Shown one piece after another: positions 38,677 through 47,106 of a stretch of DNA of 64,000 nt. Every line of letters begins with the position of its first letter. The stretch's first letter is position 1. A program made the position numbers and the translations under genes. The stretch spans positions 4,988 to 68,987 of the forward strand of contig JASEGZ010000005.1 of NCBI GenBank assembly GCA_030018935.1, given 5' to 3'. Source of the stretch: Syntrophales bacterium. GTDB taxonomy: Bacteria; Desulfobacterota; Syntrophia; Syntrophales; CG2-30-49-12. The notes under the pieces were generated by a model that was not told where the DNA came from, ran no database searches, and saw only the letters and a list, made by a program, of their open reading frames with translations.

Positions 38677-38766
38677 TCAACCAGCTCCCTTGCGGAAGGG
38701 AATAAGTACCCCTGTAATTATTACTACGAGATTGCCGGTATAGGTTACATCGTTTAAACAATGCAT
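38677..38766 (-). CDS. ilv operon leader peptide (29 aa, branched-chain-rich)
   Basis: ATG 38766 lies about 10 nt after gagg. The peptide is MHCLNDVTYTGNLVVIITGVLIPFRKGAG, with 7 of 10 residues at positions 13-22 being L/V/I. Stop TGA at 38679-38677. Confidence 0.65.
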   Translation of the reverse strand: MHCLNDVTYTGNLVVIITGVLIPFRKGAG

Positions 38767-38855
38767 ATCAAATTATCCTCTCTTTAAGGAGAATCTCTCG
38801 TAACAGGTTCCGCGAACGTTGTCAAGTAAATTTTAAAGATGGTGTCAAGCCAAAT

Positions 38856-38908
38856 TAAGCATTCGGCTATCAGCGGTCAGCTTTCAGCTTCTTCCTGACC
38901 AGTAACAG
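38856..38908. repeat. family B half-element
   Basis: taagcattcggctatcagcggtcagctttcagc resembles the left arm of family B. A local hairpin ggtcag...ctgacc is also present. Confidence 0.5.
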
Positions 38909-39040
38909 GTAAATTTGCCTTGCACATGAGACAGTTTTTTGATAGCCTTGTTCCCGCAACAGTAATCGTGTTTTCTTGTCATGAATTGTATTTCTTGAGG
39001 GGGAAACGGGGAAAATAAATATTTTAAGGAGGAGTAAGTT

Positions 39041-39979
39041 ATGGATCTTAAAGGTAGAGTTGTTGTAATAACAGGAGCGGGCAGAGGTCTTGGGAGAGAA
39101 CATGCACTGCTATTTGCTAAAAAAGGGGCAAAGGTAGTGGTAAACGATCTCGGTGGAAGTTTTGACGGAACAGGGGCAAGCAAGACCCCGGCCCAGGAAG
39201 TGGTGGATGAGATTAAGGCCCTGGGAGGAGAGGCCGTTGCAAATTACGACAGTGTTGCTGATTTTCAGGGGGCGAAGAGGATCATTCAGTGTGCCGTTGA
39301 TACTTTTGGAAAATTGAATATCCTGGTCAATAACGCCGGCATCTTGAGAGACAGAATGACCTTCAGTATGAGTGAAGCGGACTGGGATGCAGTCATTGCC
39401 GTTCACCTCAAGGGCACCTTTAATTGTTCCCATCATGCATGTGTATACTGGAGAGAGCAGCACAAGGCGGGAAATATCCTCAATGGCAGGATAATAAGCA
39501 CTACTTCTGACGCCGGTCTGCTTGGGAACGTAGGGCAACTGAACTATGGGGGAGCGAAGGCTGCTATTGCTGCCATGACTATCATTATGGACCAGGAGAT
39601 GAAGAGATACGGCGTAACCTGTAACGCTATTGCCCCCCTGGCGAGGACAAGATTGACAACGGAGGCCACGCCGTCAACCGCCGCTATTATGGGAAAGCCA
39701 CAGGAAGGTAAGTTTGATGCCCTTGGACCGCAGAATGTTTCTCCCGTAGTGGTCTATCTGGCCAGTGAAGAGGCAGGTGATATCCACGGGGAGGTCTTCA
39801 GAGTTGGAGGAGGAAACGTTTGGGTCATGAGAGGTTGGACTTCGATGAAGAGAATTTCCAAGGCGGGCGAATGGGATTTAGATGAACTGGGGAAAAAGAT
39901 AAAAAGTGATTTGCTGGCAGGTCTGGCGCCCAAGGAACAGATGGAAACTATCTTCGGGGAAATGTCAAAAATGGCTTAA
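39041..39979 (+). CDS. SDR family oxidoreductase (hydroxyacyl-CoA dehydrogenase-like)
   Basis: VVVITGAGRGLGREHALLFAKKGAKVVVNDLG, NNAG and YGGAK motifs. Confidence 0.85.
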   Translation: MDLKGRVVVITGAGRGLGREHALLFAKKGAKVVVNDLGGSFDGTGASKTPAQEVVDEIKALGGEAVANYDSVADFQGAKRIIQCAVDTFGKLNILVNNAGILRDRMTFSMSEADWDAVIAVHLKGTFNCSHHACVYWREQHKAGNILNGRIISTTSDAGLLGNVGQLNYGGAKAAIAAMTIIMDQEMKRYGVTCNAIAPLARTRLTTEATPSTAAIMGKPQEGKFDALGPQNVSPVVVYLASEEAGDIHGEVFRVGGGNVWVMRGWTSMKRISKAGEWDLDELGKKIKSDLLAGLAPKEQMETIFGEMSKMA

Positions 39980-40078
39980 CAATTCCCCAAAGACTGGTGT
40001 CTCTGGAAAAGATGGGCAACGAGAAGTTAAATTTGCCCATGAGGAGGCATACTTATATAGGGTTAAAGTTTAAAACAG

Positions 40079-40567
40079 ATGAACAAACGAGAGTTACCCT
40101 ACAGGTCGGTCCTGTTTGTCTGTGATGTAAACACCTGCAGGAGTCAGATGGCAGAGGCTATATTCAAGAAAATGCTCAAAGACCGGCATGTAGATACAGA
40201 AATTGAGGTTAACTCCGGAGGGATAGCTCCTCATGCCCGTAACGGAGCCCTTGTATCTCTTGATGCAAGACTTTCCTTGAAAGAGGAGGGAATCATCCTC
40301 GACGATCAGAAATCTTCTCTGGACCTGAAAAGGCGCCCGGAATTTATCGCGGGGGCGGATTTGCTGATTACCATGACTAAGCAGCAAAAGGAATGGATAG
40401 GCAGCTACCCCGAAGCTAAAGGCAAGGAATTATGGACCTTGAAAGAATTTGTTGGCAGCAATGGCGATATAGAAGACCCTTCAGGGAAAGGGGATGAGAT
40501 TTACAGACAGGGCAAAGAGGAGATAAAGAGGTGCCTCACCCTGGCGATTGATAAAATCATCGCATGA
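40079..40567 (+). CDS. low-molecular-weight protein phosphatase (Tyr/Arg phosphatase family)
   Basis: VLFVCDVNTCRSQMAEAIF P-loop and a DP motif (DIEDPSG). Confidence 0.85.
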   Translation: MNKRELPYRSVLFVCDVNTCRSQMAEAIFKKMLKDRHVDTEIEVNSGGIAPHARNGALVSLDARLSLKEEGIILDDQKSSLDLKRRPEFIAGADLLITMTKQQKEWIGSYPEAKGKELWTLKEFVGSNGDIEDPSGKGDEIYRQGKEEIKRCLTLAIDKIIA

Positions 40568-40665
40568 AGGATAATCAAAGAGCGGCTCACCCGTCTGGTG
40601 TTAATTTGTAGGGGACAGGTTTGAAACCTGCCCCCTACTGCCGGATTCCGTAAGGAAGCGGAGCA

Positions 40666-41226
40666 ATGGAACAGAAGAGAATAGTCATGGATGCAGCGGG
40701 CATTGACAGATCCCTTACCAGGATTGCTCACGAGATCCTCGAAAAAAATAAAGGCACAGAGGAACTGATCCTCATCGGGATCAGGACGGGCGGAGTTTTT
40801 CTGGCGGAAAGGCTGCAGAAGAAGATTGCAAAGATAGAAGGGGTTGAAATCCCCCTGGGCATCCTGGATATTACCATGTACAGGGACGATTTACTCTCCA
40901 CCAATAGAAAGCCAAAGATAGGAAAGACAGACATCCCCTTTTCCCTGGAGAAGAGGAAGGTGATTCTTGTGGACGATGTCCTCTTTACCGGCAGGACGAT
41001 AAGGGCTGCCATGGATGCCCTGATAGATTTCGGTAGACCTAAACTCATCCAGCTTGCGGTGCTTATTGACAGGGGCCATCGTGAACTTCCCATCAGGGCG
41101 GATTTTGTGGGTAAGGACCTGCCGTCGTCTTTATGGGAAGCCGTCAGCGTGAACCTCACAGAGAAGAGCGGCAGGGATGAGGTGGTAATTGAAGAAAGTG
41201 GTCAGGGGTCAGGGGTCAATAACTAA
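40666..41226 (+). CDS. pyrR: bifunctional pyrimidine regulator / uracil phosphoribosyltransferase PyrR
   Basis: ILIGIRTGGVFLAERL and the VILVDDVLFTGRTIRAA PRPP-binding motif. Confidence 0.9.
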   Translation: MEQKRIVMDAAGIDRSLTRIAHEILEKNKGTEELILIGIRTGGVFLAERLQKKIAKIEGVEIPLGILDITMYRDDLLSTNRKPKIGKTDIPFSLEKRKVILVDDVLFTGRTIRAAMDALIDFGRPKLIQLAVLIDRGHRELPIRADFVGKDLPSSLWEAVSVNLTEKSGRDEVVIEESGQGSGVNN

Positions 41227-41266
41227 CCGATAATAGATAACTTGGAACTTATTTGAGCTCCTTTCC

Positions 41267-42187
41267 ATGAAGCTATCAAAGAAAGACCTTTTAGGAATCA
41301 GAGACCTTACCGTTGAGGAAATTAATCTCATTTTGGAGACGGCGGAATCCTTTATCGAGGTATCTACAAGAGACATCAAAAAGGTTCCTACCTTAAGGGG
41401 TAAAACCGTGATCAATCTGTTTCTTGAGGCCAGTACGAGGACAAGAACATCCTTCGAGATCGCCGGAAAGAGGTTGAGCGCCGACACGATCAACATCTCA
41501 TCAACGACAAGCAGCATCGTCAAGGGGGAAACCCTTATTGATACGGCGAGGAACCTGGAGGCCATGAATCCGGATGTAATCGTCATCCGGCATAGCGCCG
41601 CCGGCGCGCCACAAATATTGGCCAGGATTATGAAGCAGCCAATTATCAATGCCGGTGACGGGGCACATGAACACCCGACCCAGGCATTGTTGGATCTGAT
41701 GACCATCAGGGCAAAAAAGGGAAAGGTCGCCGGTCTCAAGGTAGCCATTGTCGGTGATATTGCCCACAGTCGGGTGGCCCGCTCCAACATTTACGGTCTT
41801 ACCAAGATGGGCGCCCATGTCACCGTGGCCGGTCCCGCCACAATGATGCCACGCTATATTGACCGGATGGGGGTGACTGTTTGCTACCGTTTGGAAGAGG
41901 CCATAAGAGATGCCGATATCATCATGATGCTCCGGATACAGACCGAAAGGCAGCAGGAAAACCTCTTCCCATCCCTGCGGGAGTATGCGAATTATTTCTG
42001 TCTTAACGGCGAGAATATCAAGTTGGCGAAGGACGATGTCCTGGTCATGCACCCGGGACCGATCAACAGGGGGGTGGAAATCGCCCCCGAGATCGCCGAT
42101 GGCCCCTACTCGGTGATCCTTGACCAGGTAACTAACGGTGTTGCTGTGAGGATGGCGCTTCTCTACCTGTTGACAGGAGGTAAATAA
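41267..42187 (+). CDS. pyrB: aspartate carbamoyltransferase catalytic subunit
   Basis: [17 protein letters not shown] and HPGP motifs. Confidence 0.95.
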   Translation: MKLSKKDLLGIRDLTVEEINLILETAESFIEVSTRDIKKVPTLRGKTVINLFLEASTRTRTSFEIAGKRLSADTINISSTTSSIVKGETLIDTARNLEAMNPDVIVIRHSAAGAPQILARIMKQPIINAGDGAHEHPTQALLDLMTIRAKKGKVAGLKVAIVGDIAHSRVARSNIYGLTKMGAHVTVAGPATMMPRYIDRMGVTVCYRLEEAIRDADIIMMLRIQTERQQENLFPSLREYANYFCLNGENIKLAKDDVLVMHPGPINRGVEIAPEIADGPYSVILDQVTNGVAVRMALLYLLTGGK

Positions 42188-43494
42188 TGGATAGGCTCTT
42201 GCTGCGGGGCGGAAGAATTATTGACCCTTCCCAGAATATTGACGGTGAGATGGACCTCCTTATAGAAGGCGGAAAAATCGCTGCGATAGGGAAAGATATT
42301 TACCGGTCCGGCGTGGATTCCCCAAAGACATCCGTGGCAGACTTTAAGATCCTTGACCTTCTGGGAATGGTAGTGGCGCCCGGATTAATTGATATGCACA
42401 CCCACCTGCGGGAACCCGGATTTGAGTATAGGGAGACGATCCGGACAGGGAGCGAAGCTGCCTCCCATGGGGGATTTACCTCTGTTGCCTGTATGCCCAA
42501 CACAAGACCGGTCAACGATAACCGTTCGGTAACTGAGTTTATCATCAGAAGGGCGGCGGAGTGTAACCTTGTTAACGTGTACCCCATCGCTGCTATCAGT
42601 AGGGGGTCTAAAGGGGTCACCATGACAGAGTTCTGGGATTTAAAGAATGCCGGCGCTGTGGCCTTCTCAGATGACGGGAAACCAGTCACAAACAGCGCCC
42701 TGATGAGGAGGGCGCTTGAGTATGCCTCCTCTCTTGACATGCCGATCATCTCCCACTGCGAGGATGTCAGCCTGTCGGCAGGGGGGACGATAAACGAAGG
42801 GTTAGTATCCACCGAGTTGGGGCTTGCCGGCATCCCTGACGTGGCGGAAGATGTGATGGTTGCCAGGGATATTATCATTTCCGAATTTACCGGAACGGTC
42901 CTCCATATTGCCCATGTCAGTACCGCAGGAGCGGTTCGTCTGATCAGGGATGCCAGAGAAAGGGGAGTGAAGGTAACAGCGGAAACGGCTCCCCACTACT
43001 TTTCTCTTACCGATGAGGCGGTGAAAGAATTTGATACCAATGCAAAGGTCTACCCGCCCCTGAGGAGTATGGAAGACATCATAGCAATAAAAGAGGGGCT
43101 CAGGGACGGCACTATAGCCGCAATTGCATCTGACCATGCTCCACATGCCATTACCGACAAGGAAGTGGAGTTCGAATATGCTGCAAGCGGCATCGCCGGG
43201 TTGGAAACCGCCCTCGCCCTTAGCCTGAAATTAGTGACTGACGGCATCCTCACCCTGAACCAGTTAATTGAAAAGATGAGCGCCAATCCGGCAAGGATAC
43301 TCCATATACCGAAGGGGACACTGCAGGTAGGCGCCGATGCCGACATCACCGTTATTGACCTGGAAAAGGTATGGACGGTTGATCCCCATGGGTTGCGTTC
43401 CAAGGGTAAGAATTCTCCTTTCCTCGGCTGGACGGTGAAGGGAAAGGCGATACTGACCATCGTGGGAGGGGGGATAAAACATCGGGAGACTTAA
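42187..43494 (+). CDS. pyrC: dihydroorotase
   Basis: IDMHTHLREPG and ASDHAPH motifs. The start overlaps the pyrB stop. Confidence 0.93.
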   Translation: MDRLLLRGGRIIDPSQNIDGEMDLLIEGGKIAAIGKDIYRSGVDSPKTSVADFKILDLLGMVVAPGLIDMHTHLREPGFEYRETIRTGSEAASHGGFTSVACMPNTRPVNDNRSVTEFIIRRAAECNLVNVYPIAAISRGSKGVTMTEFWDLKNAGAVAFSDDGKPVTNSALMRRALEYASSLDMPIISHCEDVSLSAGGTINEGLVSTELGLAGIPDVAEDVMVARDIIISEFTGTVLHIAHVSTAGAVRLIRDARERGVKVTAETAPHYFSLTDEAVKEFDTNAKVYPPLRSMEDIIAIKEGLRDGTIAAIASDHAPHAITDKEVEFEYAASGIAGLETALALSLKLVTDGILTLNQLIEKMSANPARILHIPKGTLQVGADADITVIDLEKVWTVDPHGLRSKGKNSPFLGWTVKGKAILTIVGGGIKHRET

Positions 43495-43508
43495 GGTGCG
43501 CTGTTGAT

Positions 43509-44291
43509 ATGAATACAAGGAACACCTTTAAGACGCCGGCGATTGTCCTCCGCTGTCTGGACTATGGAGAATCCGACCGGATTGTAACCTTCTATACCAG
43601 CGATTTCGGCAAACTCAAGGGAATCGCCAAGGGGGCGAGGCGAAGTCGCAGGAGATTCGCCAACAATGCCCTGGAACCGTTTGCCTGTTCCCATACCCTC
43701 TTTTCGAGAAAAGGCCGTGATAACCTGGCCCTCATCGAAGACTGCGATATCATCAACTCCTATCCCGATATCAGGGATGACCTGGAGAAAATGCTTCTCG
43801 CTTCCTATCTGGTTGATCTGGTTGACCAGTTCACCAGGGGAGGGAAAGAAAACGGTAATTTATTCAGACTATTGCAGGACTTCCTGACCATTATTGATGC
43901 CGGGGACACCTCGGAGTGGTTGGTCCGGTTTTTTGAGATACGTCTCCTCAAGCTCAGCGGGTATGAACCGGTTTTAGATCGGTGTCTGACCTGCAAAAAA
44001 CCGGTGAGCGATGTGTACACTTACAGATTCAATGTGAAAGAGGGCGGCTTGAGATGCAACACCTGCTGCCCCAGTGGCTTTGGTTCCCTCCCTGTTTCCT
44101 TTGGCGCCATCAAAATGCTCCTTATGGGAGAGGAAGCCTGGTCAGAGCCGGGTCAGATTAACAGGTTGCTCCTGTCGGGGCAGTCAGCAGAGGAGAGCAG
44201 AGTTCTCCTTGTTAGCTTTATCCAGTATCTTCTTGGAAAGGAGTTAAAGTCTCTACGTGCCCTCGGTGAAATCCGAAGTATGGGAATTTAA
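43509..44291 (+). CDS. recO: DNA repair protein RecO
   Basis: An N-terminal OB-like region (AIVLRCLDYGESDRIVTFYT) and a central Cys cluster CLTC...CNTC. Confidence 0.85.
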   Translation: MNTRNTFKTPAIVLRCLDYGESDRIVTFYTSDFGKLKGIAKGARRSRRRFANNALEPFACSHTLFSRKGRDNLALIEDCDIINSYPDIRDDLEKMLLASYLVDLVDQFTRGGKENGNLFRLLQDFLTIIDAGDTSEWLVRFFEIRLLKLSGYEPVLDRCLTCKKPVSDVYTYRFNVKEGGLRCNTCCPSGFGSLPVSFGAIKMLLMGEEAWSEPGQINRLLLSGQSAEESRVLLVSFIQYLLGKELKSLRALGEIRSMGI

Positions 44292-44374
44292 CAGGGAAAA
44301 CAGAAAAAATCTTTCCGCAACCTCTCCAAAATTGTTCTTGTCATTCGCTTCAATCTCTGGTAGTCCCATGTCTC

Positions 44375-45760
44375 ATGTTCAGGGAAATACTTACCGTTTC
44401 CGCATTAAACGAAAATATCAAACACCTTCTCGAATCAAGCTTTGATCTCCTGCTGGTGGAAGGAGAGATTTCCAACCTGCGCCGGCCGGCTTCCGGTCAT
44501 CTATACTTCACTCTTAAAGATGAAAAGAGCCAGATCCGGGCCGTTATCTTCCGGTCTCCCTTCGTGCAGAGACCGGGTCTCGACAATGGTGGCAGCCAGG
44601 GATTTGATATTGAGGAGGGAATGAGTGTCATCTGCCGGGCCAGGTTAAGTGTTTATCAGCCGAGGGGCGAGTACCAGCTGATTGTCAGCGCCGTGGAATT
44701 GAAGGGTCTCGGCGCCCTCCAGAAGGCCTTCGAACAATTGAAATCCCGCCTGGAGGCGGAGGGTCTCTTTGATCCCGCGAGGAAGAAACCTATTCCCTTT
44801 CTCCCTCACAGGATCGGAGTGATTACCTCACCGACCGGTGCGGTCATCAGGGATATCCTGAACATTACAGGGCGGCGGTTCTCCTCAGTGGATATCATGA
44901 TTGCCCCGGTCCGTGTGCAGGGTGCGGAAGCGCCTGACGAAATCGCCGGCGCCATTGCCGATATGCATGCCGTCGGGGATATAGATGTGATTATTCTGGC
45001 CAGGGGAGGGGGATCGCTTGAGGACCTTGCCCCTTTCAATGATGAAAGGGTTGCCCGGGCGATTCACCGCTCCCGGATTCCGATCATCTCCGCAGTGGGA
45101 CATGAAACGGACTTTACCATCGCCGATTTTGTGGCGGACCTCAGGGCCCCTACGCCCTCTGCGGCGGCTGAACTGGTTGTGCCGGTAAAGGTAAAACTCA
45201 TCACATCCCTCGAATCCCTGCATCTTAGGATGATCGTCCATCAACACCGGATCATGGAGAGACTTCGCGAGAGGGTGTCCGCCCTGAGAGAGCGGTTTAG
45301 AGACCCGGGGAGAAGGATTGCCGATCTCTTCATCACTCTTGATGATCGCTGCGAGCGGATCAAATCGGCCCTGGACAACAAATTGACCATACAGAGGCAC
45401 AAAGAACTCAATCTGAATATCCGTTTAAGACATGCCGCCCCCCTGTCACGGATAAGGGATGGGCGATTTGTCCTTGAAAATTTGCAGAAAAATATGATAG
45501 CCGAATTACGTAATGCCATAGAAGGCCTGAAAAAAAGAGTGCGATCAGACATGGCCGTACTGGATACCTTGAGTCCCCTATCCGTCCTGAACAGGGGTTA
45601 CAGTATCGTCAGAAGCCTTCCCGAGGGTCTCATCATCAGAAGGGCGGATGCCGTCACGGTGGGAAGCGATGTGGACGTCAAGGTTTCACAGGGCGGCTTT
45701 CATGCGCGGGTAACCAGGGTTTACGAGGAGAGGAAAAGGGATGGCGAAGGAAAAATTTGA
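44375..45760 (+). CDS. xseA: exodeoxyribonuclease VII large subunit
   Basis: TVSALNENIKHLLE...VEGEISNLRRPASGHLYFTLKD and RGGGSLEDL. Confidence 0.93.
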   Translation: MFREILTVSALNENIKHLLESSFDLLLVEGEISNLRRPASGHLYFTLKDEKSQIRAVIFRSPFVQRPGLDNGGSQGFDIEEGMSVICRARLSVYQPRGEYQLIVSAVELKGLGALQKAFEQLKSRLEAEGLFDPARKKPIPFLPHRIGVITSPTGAVIRDILNITGRRFSSVDIMIAPVRVQGAEAPDEIAGAIADMHAVGDIDVIILARGGGSLEDLAPFNDERVARAIHRSRIPIISAVGHETDFTIADFVADLRAPTPSAAAELVVPVKVKLITSLESLHLRMIVHQHRIMERLRERVSALRERFRDPGRRIADLFITLDDRCERIKSALDNKLTIQRHKELNLNIRLRHAAPLSRIRDGRFVLENLQKNMIAELRNAIEGLKKRVRSDMAVLDTLSPLSVLNRGYSIVRSLPEGLIIRRADAVTVGSDVDVKVSQGGFHARVTRVYEERKRDGEGKI

Positions 45761-45974
45761 AGGTATGCTGGAGAAATTGGAGGAAATTGTCAGAAGGATG
45801 GAGACAGGGGAGATGACCCTCGAAGAATCCCTCAAGGCCTTTGAAGAGGGGATAAAACTCGCCCGGCTGTGTGCCGCCAAGCTTGATGAGGCACAGAGGC
45901 GGGTTGATATCCTCCTTAAACAGGGGGAAGAACCGGTCATTAAGCCATTTCAAGAAGGGGAAGAGGAACAGTGA
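45741..45974 (+). CDS. xseB: exodeoxyribonuclease VII small subunit
   Basis: FEGMLEKLEEIVRRMETGEMTLEESLKAFEEGIKL is typical of XseB. Confidence 0.9.
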   Translation: MAKEKFEGMLEKLEEIVRRMETGEMTLEESLKAFEEGIKLARLCAAKLDEAQRRVDILLKQGEEPVIKPFQEGEEEQ

Positions 45975-46894
45975 GTGTAGAACATGACCATAATTTCCTG
46001 ATGGCGTATCTTAAGGAAAAAAAGGGGATCATTGATGAGGCCCTTGACCGTTACCTCCCCGAAGAGGAAAACTACCCGCCGGTGATCTTTAAAGCTGTCC
46101 GGTACAGCCTTTTTGCAGGAGGGAAGAGGATCAGGCCGATCTTATGTCTGGCCTCGGCAGAGGCAGTCGGAGGGGGAAGCGGGGAGAGCCTGCATTCAAT
46201 CCTGCCGGTGGCCTGCGCCTTGGAGCTTATCCATACCTACTCCCTGATTCATGATGACCTTCCCGCCATGGATAACGACGATTACAGGAGAGGGAAACCG
46301 ACAAATCATAAGGTGTTTGGTGAAGGCATTGCCATTCTGGCCGGTGATGCCCTCCTGACGGAAGCCTTCCACCTGATGTCAAGGCGGGACGTTATGGGAG
46401 ATGTCCCGCCGGAATTGCTTCTCACCGTAATTCATGATATTGCAGAGGCAGCGGGATACTTCGGAATGGTTGGGGGGCAGGTGGTTGATCTCCAATCGGA
46501 GGGGAAGGATGCCGATAACGAAACGCTTCATTACATCCACTCCCATAAGACGGGGGCGATGATCTCTGCTTCTGTCAGGGCGGGTGCATTATTGGCCGGC
46601 GCCGGAAAAAACGATCTCCATGCCCTCTCCGCATACGGCAGGCATGTGGGCCTCGTCTTCCAGATAGCAGACGATATCCTCAATATTGAAGGGGACAGGA
46701 AGTTGCTGGGAAAGAACACGGGGAGCGATGCCTCGCGTGGTAAGATCACCTTTCCTGCCCTGATGGGCGTGGAAACGTCCCGCAGGAAGGCCCGGGAGCT
46801 TGTGGAACAGGCCCTGACCGATATTGCAGACTTTGATCACAGGGCTCGTCCTTTGCGGGAGATAGCAAGGTATGTCATAAGTCGTAAGTCATAA
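45971..46894 (+). CDS. ispA: polyprenyl (farnesyl/geranylgeranyl) diphosphate synthase
   Basis: Aspartate-rich motifs IHDDLPAMDNDD and ADDILN. GTG start overlaps the xseB stop. The last codons and the stop lie inside the repeat A3 left arm. Confidence 0.92.
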   Translation: MSVEHDHNFLMAYLKEKKGIIDEALDRYLPEEENYPPVIFKAVRYSLFAGGKRIRPILCLASAEAVGGGSGESLHSILPVACALELIHTYSLIHDDLPAMDNDDYRRGKPTNHKVFGEGIAILAGDALLTEAFHLMSRRDVMGDVPPELLLTVIHDIAEAAGYFGMVGGQVVDLQSEGKDADNETLHYIHSHKTGAMISASVRAGALLAGAGKNDLHALSAYGRHVGLVFQIADDILNIEGDRKLLGKNTGSDASRGKITFPALMGVETSRRKARELVEQALTDIADFDHRARPLREIARYVISRKS

Positions 46895-47106
46895 GTCGTA
46901 AGTCAAACATAGATGAAAATTGGGAAATCCAAGGATATTAAAAGGATATTAAGGTGTGGCAGATGGCAGGGAAACCGGCAAGAGAGAGTTTAAAGGATAA
47001 ATTTGCCAAAGATTTGGGCTTGAAGGATCAAATTCGCAGGGCGGCTGTGTTCAATATTTCGGGGGGTTTTGTATGACATATGACATACGACATACGACAT
47101 ACGACA
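46873..47106. repeat. family A element with a unique core of about 165 bp (left arm 46873-46905, right arm 47071-47106)
   Basis: The left arm tgtcataagtcgtaagtcataagtcgtaagtc and right arm gtatgacatatgacatacgacatacgacatacgacat are about 7/8 complementary per unit by hand pairing. Confidence 0.85.

Noticed and set aside
40612-40652. Strong 13-bp hairpin gtaggggacaggt-ttgaa-acctgccccctac upstream of pyrR, considered as a PyrR binding loop or a lone CRISPR-like repeat
   Set aside because: It lacks the UCCAGAGAGG-type PyrR recognition sequence. It has no U-tail and occurs once in the window. It is possibly just a stabilising stem after the phosphatase gene.
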